Assembly: GCF_004010195.1 (NCBI RefSeq)
Contig: NC_057718.1
Span: forward strand, 9,764,290-9,784,289
From: Chiloscyllium plagiosum
Taxonomy: Eukaryota
Direction: 5' to 3'
Length of the DNA stretch: 20,000 bases
Part shown: positions 9,492 through 20,000 of the stretch, one piece after another
How positions within the stretch are numbered: the first letter of the stretch is position 1
Layout of the letters: each line of letters starts with the position of its first letter
Notes under the pieces: generated by a model
The model's input: the letters and a program-made list of their open reading frames with translations, nothing else
Databases searched by the model: none
Told to the model about the DNA's origin: nothing
Translations under genes and position numbers: made by a program

Positions 9492-9772
9492 CTTTGGGTG
9501 AGAGGGAAAGATATAAAAGAGACCCAAGGAGCAACTTTTTCACGCAGAGGGTGGTATGTGTATGGAATGAGCTGCCAGAGGATGTGGTGGAAGCTGGTAC
9601 AATTGCAACATTTAAAAGGCATTTGGATGGGTATATGAATAGGAAGGGTTTGGAGGGATATGGACCGGGTGCTGGCAGGTGGGACTAGATTGGGTTGGGA
9701 TATCTGGCCGGCGTGGACGGATTGGACCGAAGGGTCTGTTTCCGTACTGTACATCTCTGTGACTCTATAACT
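9492..9772 (+). mobile_element. CR1-type LINE 3' end
   Basis: ORF 9494-9688 RSNFFTQRVVCVWNELPEDVVEAGTIATFKRHLDGYM, with tail tctctgtgactctataact. Confidence 0.88.
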
Positions 9773-10197
9773 TGTTCTCGGAATGCAGCAGTAGTGAGAA
9801 GCTACTTTCTACATCTACTGCATTGCGAGCGGCTGATGCAAGCTCGTGGAATACCAAAGACAGTCTTCTTAAAAAAAAAAGAACAAATCACAGATTGGTG
9901 TGAGACTGGAGTCACATAAAAGGACCAGACTGGATCAGATTGCAGGGGGTCTGCTTTCCCCAGAAATAAACCATTGTGTTTTCAGCAATAATTGTCTGTA
10001 CTGTACAAGGCAAACTATGCAAAGTGGATGAAATGAACAATGTATTTCTGGCAGTATCACTTGCTGGTGCATAGGAAAAGGAGATCTGCAAGATTCATCT
10101 CCTTTACTAATCCCACGCCAATTGTAACAATCCAACATTGAGATCAGTTAGCCTAATCAAATTTGCAACCTCGCAAGGTCTGTGGTTCAGTCAGTCA

Positions 10198-10572
<375 letters not shown>

Positions 10573-11127
10573 TTAGAAAATTAAATGTTGGGACCTGGAA
10601 AGGAGGAGGAGGAATAAGGCAAAATCATTTGTGAACAATTAACAAGAGAGAGATCCAAGCACCAATCCCTATGTACATAGGTTTTTAATCTTCTTCTAAC
10701 CTAACCAAACTACGTTTGATGCCTACTTTTCTGTCTTCTGGTTGCATTTTGCTATCCATTCTGCTTCTCACTCCCCGAATCCACATGCTCTAACCTTTGT
10801 CGGGATCCTACTATTCAGTACCATATCAAAACCTCTCTGAACACCCAAGTACATTACACCTAATGTTCAGCCATATAGCCTATACTTCCAGGACTGACCC
10901 CAAGGCCTAGCTGCAAAATCCATACAGGTGTGTATGTACCAGAGAGAGCATGCTGGTGAGACAGAACGCACAAGTGTGAGAGCAAGAGCCCACAAACACA
11001 ACAGAGAGCCTGTTGGAGAAAAACAGGGGTGGTTCATCAGCAACTAGACTAACTGCCATTCATGTCAAGATGAAGTACATCAGGAGCCGTACCTGAATAC
11101 AAATCAATACTGCCAGCACGGGTGTAC

Positions 11128-11684
11128 TGGGGGTATGGGTGGCAAAATGGTAATGTCACAGGAATAGTAACCCAGACACCCAGGCTAAAGCTCTGGGGAC
11201 AAAGCAGTAAGTGGAATTTAAATGCAATTAACATATCCAGAATTAAAAGTCAGTCTCAGTAATCATGAAACTACTGCAGACTATTTTCAATTGTAGTAAA
11301 ACCACATATACTTCACTAATCTTTAACACTTGGTCTATTGTAAATGTGACCTCAGACTCAAAGCAATGTGGTTGACTCTTAAATTTCCTCTGAAATGGAC
11401 GAGAAAGCCACTTAGCTTCACTAAACCACGACAGAAAGGAACAAAGCAAATGGAAGGAAGTTGGCTGTGGTTTGTCAATCTTTTCATCCTAGGGCATCAC
11501 TGCAGGAATTCCTCAGGGTAGAGTCCTAAGCCAAATCACCTTCAGCCCTGTGGGTGTATCTACATAGCAAGAGTTGTGCTGTTCAAGAAGGCAGCTCATT
11601 ACCACATTGTCAAGGGCAATAAGGAATAGGCAAGGAGCGACAGCCTTGGCAGTGGAGCTCATATAATGTAAACGAACAAAAAAA
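11128..11684 (+). mobile_element. Degenerate tRNA-derived SINE-like element related to 19301-19642
   Basis: A-box-like gtggcaaaatggtaat, shared gcaatgtggttgactcttaa core, and tail caagggcaataagg...gaacaaaaaaa. Confidence 0.6.
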
Positions 11685-11901
11685 CATTTCCAAGAAGGTA
11701 AAGCAGGGTTCATCGGACACCTATGCATACGCATATAATTGTCTAACCAGGTTTCGTAGTTTCCAGCAGGGATCTTGCTGATCTGCACTCAACTTCACTT
11801 GCAGCTAATAACTTTCAGTGCAGGGAGAAAATGTCAGCTTCAAATCAAATAGTGAAACCTAGTTTGCATTTTGAAGAACGTTAAAGCCACATTTTTTTTT
11901 A

Positions 11902-12129
<228 letters not shown>

Positions 12130-12324
12130 TTAAAATGTACAGTCCTTCAGAGTAGGAAACCATGGCTGCATGATGCAGAGTGCAGACTGTGTCAATGGAG
12201 AGAGGACGGCTTGAGCTCTCCACTCTTCAGTTGATGCTCTAGACCATTCCACAATCACCTGTCACACATCTGTTCACTTCAATCTCTCCATATCCCCCTT
12301 CACTGTTGACTATACCTCAGAGAT

Positions 12325-12554
12325 AAAAAATAACACAACACCAGTTTATAGCCTAACAGGTTTATTTGGAAGCACTAGCTTTCTGAGCACTGCTCCCTCA
12401 TCAGGTGGTTGTGGAATAACTCCAGAACCACCTGATGAAGGGGCAGCACTCAGAAAGCTAGTGCTTCCAAATAAACCTGTTGGACTATAACCTGGCGTTG
12501 CATGATTTTTAACTTTGTACATGCCAGACCAACACTAGCACCTCCAAATCACGA
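12325..12554. mobile_element. Palindromic Penelope-like terminal-repeat insertion with TSD
   Basis: Inverted arms 12324-12410 and 12426-12511, plus a ~43-nt extension on one side. Perfect 13-bp TSD ATACCTCAGAGAT at 12312-12324 and 12555-12567. Confidence 0.88.
12426..12466 (+). ncRNA. Minimal type I hammerhead ribozyme motif (mirror copy on the minus strand at 12370-12410)
   Basis: aaccac-CTGATGA-a-ggggc-agc-actca-GAAA-GCTA-gtgctt: intact core boxes, stem I cac/gtg extended by aa/tt, palindromic AGCT stem III and a CUA cleavage triplet. Stem II is imperfect. Confidence 0.65.
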
Positions 12555-12599
12555 ATACCTCAGAGATTTTGTTTCATTTTTAGATGCTGAAATAATGCT

Positions 12600-13030
12600 C
12601 AAGTTTAGGCCATTACTATGATCAAAAACAAGAGTGTTGAAACAAACTCCTGGGGAACACCACTCCACCTCCCACGGCTCTGAAAAATGTCAGTCACTAA
12701 CTTTTGCCCCACGGCAGCCACACTACCATGTTCCTTTACTCTTACGGGCTTTCATTTTGCTAATGAATCTATGACATGGTTATTTTGTCAAAATTCTTTG
12801 GAAATCTGGATACATAACATCTATTTTACTATCCCAACAATAAATTTGCACTGCCCTTCTAAACGAACTCAATCAAATTGTTCAAACACAATTTGCCTTT
12901 AACAATTAAGTACAGACTTTAATTTTGTCCTGGATTATAGTCTCCAAAAGCTCTTCACCATTGATATTAGGTTGACTGGCTTATGGTTGCAAGTTTACAA
13001 TCCTCCAGTGTTCTGACAGCAACCCAATAT
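12600..13030 (-). mobile_element. Old CR1-type LINE RT fragment
   Basis: tggggaacaccactc, ttttgtcaaaattctttggaaatctggatacataacatc, aaattgttcaaacacaatttgccttt and gatattaggttgactggc are degenerate reverse complements of the CR1 RT motifs (GVPQG, DFxKAFD, YRPVSLT). Confidence 0.55.
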
Positions 13031-13499
13031 CCAAAGGCTCTTGTAGACCATCGGTAGTGTCCCTTCTTCTCGGCCAGGAGGCACATATTCAAGTCTAACC
13101 CTTACCAATTCAGCGCCACAAGCTCACAGTCCAGCTGACTTCCCCTCCTTATCAATCACAGCGACTGTATAATTTCCACAGCCATGAAAACTCAGTAAAT
13201 ATTTTGATTTCTTGATCATTTTGAGCTGAGTTACTGCAAGCGTCCACTTTACCTTGATAAATCCTACAATACAAGCTTTCTGATCCTCAATCTGCAGCAG
13301 ATTCAAGTCAGGCTGACAGTTGAGAATCTGTTACAGTTCATAAATAAACACAATTTCACTAAACTATCAGGTCTTGTGATGTCACTCAATGAGAACTTGA
13401 CCTTTGGTGACCTGACCTTATAAACTAAAAGAAAGGAACAAGCTTTCTCCCTAACATAAGGTTACTCCCCATCTTTCCAGTTGAGACTTTTGGACTCAG

Positions 13500-13912
13500 T
13501 ACAGATCTTAATAACCATACATCACCAACATATGCTTGGAAAATTCAAAACAAAACATCAACTGTTAAATGTGATTGGGCAACACTCATTGAACATTCCT
13601 GAGTCAGCCCATAGTCACACTAATAATATACTTAAGATAACCCACCAAGTGTATGTGGCTCATGTATGCTTGCAAAAAGCCACATACTTTCATAGGCAGA
13701 GGAATACGTTCAAGTCTCGCACCTTTTTGAATTATTTGGGAGCCAATAGTTCCCCATCCCTTTTGCCATAGCAATGCTTCAGCCAGAGTTACTTGCTAAA
13801 TATTCAGCACCTTTTTCTCCTGCTGTATGAACTATTTGAAATGCATAATTGTTGTGCTTGCCCTGAAGAATGCATAATGAAAAGCTTTGGAAACAGGTCT
13901 GTTGTTTCAAAA
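13500..13912 (+). mobile_element. Second Penelope-like family: decayed GIY-YIG C-terminus plus 3' region with hammerhead motif
   Basis: ORF 13481-13771 VIGQHSLNIPE...ILKITHQVYVAHVCLQKATYFH resembles the PLE pattern AIxxHL....F.I......L..LEA.YI. Ends in CTGAAGA...GAAAAGCTTT at 13863-13888. Confidence 0.6.
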
Positions 13913-14392
13913 GTATTTGAAAAATACCAAACCACTAATTCGTTCAGTTCTGACAAAGGTCATTGACCCAAAATGTTAACTTTCTCCAGCAGTCTAAGAA
14001 ACTTTTCTCAATGGGAGAGATAGAAAGGAGTACTATAAGCTTAACCAGAGAACTAGATAACAATTTAATTTATTAGTAATGATAAACATCAAACATAACT
14101 TAAATGAGTGTTTTAAAATTCAGTCAGTAATCCTCAAACAGCCACGGTCTGGAAGTGGGTTGAAAGTGCTCCAGCATGCTGACTCTCAGTTGGCCGCTGA
14201 AGCAAATTGCCCCAAACACAATGCAATGTTTAATTAATACAGACAGATTTAGAAAAGGCATTCTGTGGATGTCAAGCAGCTGACTGACAATCACCATCTG
14301 GGCTTGTATGGTTAAGGCACCAGTAGTTACAGAAGTGAACCAAAGCTCCTCATTTTACCTGAAGCTTAGAAAGATTTTGACTGTGCCCCAGA

Positions 14393-14477
14393 AGATCAGT
14401 CATGATCTAAGTGAATGGCAGTGCACACCAGAGGAGTGAGTGGCCTACGCCTGCTCCTATTTTCTATGTTCCTATGA
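14393..14477 (+). mobile_element. CR1-type 3' tail fragment
   Basis: agatcagtcatgatct..tgaatggc...tggcctacgcctgctcctattttctatgttcctatg, a typical CR1 3'UTR with tandem tail. Confidence 0.7.
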
Positions 14478-15660
14478 CATGCCCATCTATATGTAAGAAC
14501 AGATTACAAATAGACTTGTGCTTTCTTTTTAAAAATAGAAAATTACAAGATTGACTTGGACCTTTTAGGTTTGTCTAAAGCAAAACACGTTGAACATTGC
14601 ACGCCAAGCTGAAATGACTTCCATTATCTCGGAAACTGCATCTTCAGTAAACTGACCAAATAAGATTAATAACATGGGAAAATAGGTGTAAGCTACAATA
14701 CTGACATCCTACCACAAGAGGGAGATTGGCTAACTGGAGCATTCTACCTACCAGACTTCGCCCAACGCCTAAAGTTGGCAACGGAGAACAACCTTTTTAA
14801 AATGTAAATGATCCAATCAGTTACCATATTGTTGATTCTAGCATTTTGATTGCACTATATAGAATGCCAATTAGAACTATACAAACTTCTCCGTTACATC
14901 CCTACACAAGGAAAAGGGAAAGATTTCAAACCAAATTACTAACAGCATTCAGAATATTTAAAAGATTTGAAGTAAAATATTTGCACTTTTGCTGCTGAAT
15001 GCCTCTTATATCCCTGCTCAGTGGAAGGCATGGGTTGAATCTCACATGTGCTCCTCTAACTCTATTCCAACCAAGTAACAATTCAATTTTTCTATAAAAC
15101 ACAATACATGATCACTGATCGTAAACATACATTCAGCACTTAGAACAAAACTCACAAAAAAGGGAATGTGACCCATTGTGCCCACGTAGGCTTTTTGAAA
15201 GTAAATCTCACTAGCTTCCCCACAGCCTTGACTGTTTTCTGTTCAAATATATTTGTTAAATTCTCTTTTGGTAGCAAATATGCTTTGGCCATTCTTTTAG
15301 ATAGTGCATTCCAAATAATTAGAGCATGCTCTCAGAAATAAAGTCTTAATTCCTTATTAGTTCTTTTGCTAATTCCTTAAAATCTGTGACAGTTGCTGGC
15401 AAACTCCTGTTGTTGGTAACAGTTATTCATTACTTATCACAAGATCTAATTTAGTGTCAATATATGGACGGATTTAATACTCCTATTCTGACCTCCTGTC
15501 ACTACTCTCACTGCCAGAACAATTAGTAACTCCAAACGTAGGAAATCACAGAAAAAAATTCATTTCTCAAAACTTACCCACGTAATTGATAAGACTAGAC
15601 ATGATGCATCACTCAATGCAAGGTACACAGATACTGTATAAAACAGAAGTGGAGCATCCT

Positions 15661-15873
15661 TTTCACACAGAGAATGGTACGTGTATAGAATGAGCCGGAG
15701 AGGAAGTGGTGGAGGCTGGTACAATTACAACATTTAAAAGGCATCTAGATGGGAATATGAAGAGGAAGGGTTTAGAAAGATTTGGGCCAAGTGCTGGCAA
15801 AAGGGACTCAGTTAATTTAGGATACCTGGTCGGCATGGACAAATGGGACCAAAGGGTCTGTTTCCTTGTTGTA
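15661..15873 (+). mobile_element. CR1-type LINE 3' end
   Basis: Directly similar to 9538-9750 (tttcacacagagaatggtacgtgtatagaatgagc...aagggtctgtttcc). Confidence 0.85.
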
Positions 15874-15934
15874 GGGTGAACATCTTTCTCTACATCTTCA
15901 GCTAAATGCATTGATAACGGTCAGAATATCCAGA

Positions 15935-16246
15935 CAAGACCATATGAAATAGGGGCTGGAGTCAGCCATTTTAGGGATTCAGGGGATCATGGGTGATGTG
16001 ATTGTAGTCTTAATTCCACTTTCCTGCCTGCCCACTACAACCTCAACAACCTTGCAGATTAAAAAGACTGGTTTCATTTAGTCTTGAATACATTCAGCTA
16101 TGAATGCAATCTGGGGTAGTGAATTCCGAATACTAATTCTCAAATGAAATTCCTCCTCAACTCAATCTTCCATAGAAGACCTCTTATTATTAAACTGTGT
16201 CCCCTAGTTCTGCATTTTGCTATGATAGTAAACATCCTCTCAGCAC
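15935..16246 (-). mobile_element. CR1-type LINE 3' end (older family, like 104-1455)
   Basis: agaccatatgaaatagggg...ctggggtagtgaattcc...gaaattcctcctca...tgtgtcccctagttct...aaacatcctctcagca. Confidence 0.65.
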
Positions 16247-17608
16247 ATGATGTAATTTGACAATTACCTGAACTTTCTCCATCTCTCCTGCTATGTACCA
16301 CAATTAATCACTAGTTCTTTAACAGCTCAAAAATACTGTGGCCAGCCAAAAAATTCTGAATGGCAAAGTCTATTATTAAACAGTACTGCAACAACACAAC
16401 TGAAGATAGTACAAAAGCTCCAGACAACGATTATCAGGCTTTGTATTTAAACCTGAATGACAGCCCAAACCTACAGCAGATGTTGACATACATTTCTTCA
16501 CTTAAAAAGAAAAACAAGACCTGTCTACATTCCTCCAGCTTTACACTGGAATACCTCGAAATACTTGCTGCTAGGCAACATTTTTTGTCACAAGCCCAAA
16601 ATGTGCAATCTGGCTGGGTGCAAAAGCATCTGAAGCAACCACTCAGACTGTCCAGGCAGAGTATTTATAAAGAACAAATACATCGAAAGCAGCAATAGCC
16701 ATAGTTTTTCCTCAATGCTGTAAACAGATGTTAAAACTACTAAAAGATCAGGTGGCATTGAAAGTTAGAAATTTGGATTTTTGTCCATCTAGAAGTTGGC
16801 TTATAATGAAATAATTACGACACCATATCCTCCTCCTCTTTTGCCCAATCTCAAAATTAGGTTGAGCTTTCTCAGGTCAAATCCTACTTTATAGAAATCT
16901 GCCTGTGCCTGAGCACAAATTAACAATCTCACTCAGATCTTATTCCTTTTCACGCTCTTGCCTTTCAATGTGCCTTGCCCATTGCTTCGATACCACTTGT
17001 GTAGGAAGATCAAACTCCATCAGCACTCAAGTATGCGGAGGCCATTTCATTGCACAGGTCCAGCAAAACCTTTTGCACTGTTATATTGACATGGCCTAGT
17101 AATAGGCATTTTGAAAGAGGTCAATGGCTATAAGATTTTATGAAATGCTTATAAAACTGCTATACTAAGGGGAACTCTTCTGTAATGTTGGTACAGTAAA
17201 GGGCATTTCAATTGGTTTTAACCGTTTTATACTTCATCAGGGAAGTTTTAATATTTATAAGTGAGAACACAGGAAAATGTTTCAGTGCCCTTCACTCACC
17301 TCAATGAGGGACAATATGTATAAAATTAAAATACAAAGAAAGATTAAAACATTATTTGAGACAACACATACTTCAGCAACTGCAGAAAATGTTATAATGT
17401 ATATGAGAAATGAATGCATTGGATTAAAATGCAAACTTGTTTACTAATCTCCTTGGAGGGATAAAGTTTACTAGCCCAGCCTACATGTGATAGCAGTTCC
17501 ATGCCAATCTATGGTTCATGTTTTAACCCATTCAGAGATAGAGAGCATTTGTTGCAGAAGGTAGCTCACCACTACCAACTCAAGGTGAACTGGCCAGTGA
17601 ACCTCATT

Positions 17609-18944
17609 TCGGTTATGGGGCAAAGTGTTGGAAAGGATTATAAAAGATAGGATTTATAATCATCTAGAAAAGGAATAATTTGATTAGGAATAGTCAACAT
17701 GGTTCTGTTAAGGTAGGTCATGCCTCACAAACCTTATTGAGTTCTTGAGAAGGTGATCAAACAGGTGGATGAGGGTTAAATAGTTGATGTGGTCTATATG
17801 GATTTCAGTAAAGCATTTGATAAGGGTCCCCATGATGGTCTTTTGCACAAAATACGGAGGCATGGGATTGAGGTGATTTAGCAGTTTGGATCAGAAATTG
17901 GCTAGCTGAAAGACGATAGAGGCTGGTGGATGATGGGAAATGTTCATGCTGGAGTTCAGTTACTAGAGTTGTACTGCAAGGATCGGTTTTGGGGCCACTG
18001 CTGTTTGTCATTTTTATAAATGACCTGGATGAGGTTGTAAAAGGATGGGTTAGTAAATTTGCGGTGACACTAAAGTCAGTGGAGTTGCAGACAATGTGGA
18101 AGGATGTTACAGGTCACAAAGGGACATAGATAAGTTGCAGAGCTGGACTGAAAAGTGGCAAATGCGGAAAAGTGTGAGGTGATTTACTTTGGAAGGAGTA
18201 ACAGGAATGCAGAGTACTGGGCTAACAGTAAGATTCTTGGTAGTGTGGATGAGCAGAGAGATCTCTGTGTCCATGTGCATAGGTCCCTGAAAGTTGCCAC
18301 CCAGGTTGAGAGGGTTGCTAACAAGTATGTGGTGTGTTAGCTTTTATTGGTAGAGGGATTGCGTTTCGGAGCCACGATGTCATGTTGCAGCTGTACAAAA
18401 CTCTGGTGTAGCCATACTTGGGGTATTGCATACAGTTCTGGTCGCCGCATTACAGGAAGGACATGGAAGCATCGAAAAGGGTGCAGAGGAGATCTACTAG
18501 GATGGTGCCTGGTATGGAGGGAAGGTCTTATGAGGAAAGGCTGAGGGACTTGAGGCTGTTTTTGTTAGAGAGAAGAAGGTTAAGAGGTGACTTAATCGAG
18601 ACGTACAAGATGATCAGAGAATTAGATAGGGCGGACAGTGAAAGCCTTTTGCCTCGGCTGGTGATGGCTAGCACAAGGGGACATAGCTATAAATTAAGGG
18701 GGAATAGAAATAGGACAGATGTCAGAGATGGGTTCTTTACTCAGAGAGTACTAAGGGCATGGAATGCCCTGCCTGTAATAGTAGGAGACTCACCAACTTT
18801 AAAGGCATTTAAATGGTCATTGGATAAATATACGGATGATAATGGAATAGGCTAGGTTAGATGGGCTTCAGATTGGTTTTACAGGTTGGCGCAACACTGA
18901 GGGCCGAAGGGCCTTTACTGCACTGTAATGTCCTATGTTCTATG
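17609..18944 (+). mobile_element. CR1-type LINE, 5'-truncated ~1.3 kb (RT domain to 3' tail), pseudogenised
   Basis: YMDFSKAFDK, QGSVLGPLLFVIFINDLD, a frameshifted FADD, YCIQFWSPHYRKD...RVQRR..RMVPG...YEERL...LERRRLRGDLIETYK, and tail tgtaatgtcctatgttctatg. Multiple frameshifts. Confidence 0.92.
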
Positions 18945-19300
18945 GTGTTTGGAACAACGTATAACTTTACATTTATATTTTGCATTTTGCCTTTTAAGGA
19001 GGGGAAGATATGGTTTTAAGCTTAAAGATGCTTTTGTGAGCAGTTGGGGAGGAGTCTGAAGCCTGTTTGCATGCATGCATTTAATGAGGTTTTACAACAG
19101 ATGAATTCAGCTCCTTGAATCTGTTCCTCCATTCAATTAGATCATATTTAATCTGTGACCTAACTGCATATACCTGCCTTTGGTCCATAGCTCTTAATAC
19201 TTCTGTTAAACAAAAAATTATGTATCTCAGAGTTCCAAATACCTCAGACTGTGTGTGTAGAAGTACTTCCTCACACCTCTCTCGAATAGTCGGACCCTAA

Positions 19301-19642
19301 TTTTTTTTTCTTCTTTATTCATTCATGAGATGTGAGCTAGGCCAGCATTTATTACCCATCCCTAATTGCCCAAAGGGCAGTTAAGAGTCAGCCACATTGC
19401 TGTGGGTCTAGAGTCGCATGTAGGCCAGACCAGGCAAGGATGGCAGATTTCCTTCCCTGAAAGACATCAGTAAACCAGATGGGTTTTTCCCTGATAATCG
19501 GCAATGGTTTCATGGTCATCATTAGACCTTTAATTCCAGATTTTTTATTGAATTCAAATTCCACCATTGATTGTGGTGCAATTAGAACCTAGGTCCCTGG
19601 AACATTAGCTGAGTTTCTAGATAAACAACTCAGAGATAATAC
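19301..19642 (-). mobile_element. Near full-length tRNA-derived SINE
   Basis: The minus strand begins ggggaggcaaTGGCCTAGTGG (Pol III A box) with a B-box-like GGTTCTAATTGC and ends atgaatgaataaagaagaaaaaaaaa. Related partial copies at 1147-1240, ~9900-9990, 11128-11684 and ~17552-17608. Confidence 0.78.
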
Positions 19643-19687
19643 CACTAGGCCATTGCCTCCCCTATATTCTCAGATTATGCTTGCCAG

Positions 19688-20000
19688 TGTTAGGGACTTG
19701 GCCAGGCTACTCAAAACATTCTTAAGCAGGGAGTCCCAGACAACAACTTTACAGTTTGTTTTGGTAAGCGTACAGGGAAAATTACCCGGGGTAAGATTGA
19801 CTACTAGAGTTTAAAACAGACAAACATTTATTCACAAAATTACACAATGAAATACAAAGAACAGAATAAGGAACCCCTACAGAAATCAGTCTATCCAACT
19901 AGACTTAATTATGCTGTTCTGAATATACACAACAGTCAAAATAAGCAAACACCATTTAAAAACCAGTCTAAATGGAACATATGGTAGAAGTTGATGGGGA
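19688..20000 (-). mobile_element. LTR-like element (3' end, runs off the window), related to 2621-3176
   Basis: tgttagggacttggccagg...ctcaaaacattcttaag aligns to the reverse complement of 3130-3176 (tgttgtgagggaccaggccag...ctcaaaatgttttaag). AATAAA on the minus strand at ~19827-19832. Confidence 0.6.

Noticed and set aside
9475..9772. TCTATAACT at 9475-9483 and 9764-9772 as a CR1 TSD
   Set aside because: The right copy overlaps the element's own tandem tail and the left is offset from the apparent 5' end. It could be target microhomology or chance.
16360..16698. 112-aa ORF
   Set aside because: No recognisable domain, antisense within an intron, and of a length expected by chance.
18418..18855. 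145-aa ORF as a functional reverse transcriptase gene
   Set aside because: It is the C-terminal part of a 5'-truncated, frameshifted CR1 ORF2.

Overview
Eukaryotic (vertebrate) genomic DNA. The repeat families suggest a cartilaginous fish (shark), which is an inference from recalled repeat consensus sequences. The window holds the last four coding exons of CCDC28A on the minus strand (12082-11919, 10517-10363, 9189-9167, 8493-8439), which splice in frame into the conserved C-terminal domain. The last intron is a minor-spliceosome (U12-type GT-AG) intron, and a repeat-free ~2 kb putative 3'UTR follows. The upstream coding exon(s) were not found in the window. The rest is a nested mosaic of decayed mobile elements: CR1-type LINEs, Penelope-like (GIY-YIG) elements, tRNA-derived SINEs, two related LTR-like sequences and RTE-like fragments. 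The most notable signals are (i) minimal hammerhead-ribozyme motifs at the ends of at least four different Penelope-like repeats, including a TSD-flanked palindromic insertion with one on each strand; (ii) three Penelope-type insertions with perfect 12-14 bp target-site duplications, one inside the U12 intron; (iii) a ~190 bp inverted local duplication spanning a junction between LINE pieces; and (iv) an unexplained ~160 bp-arm foldback just beyond the putative poly(A) site. Most ORF-track entries are spurious or TE debris.
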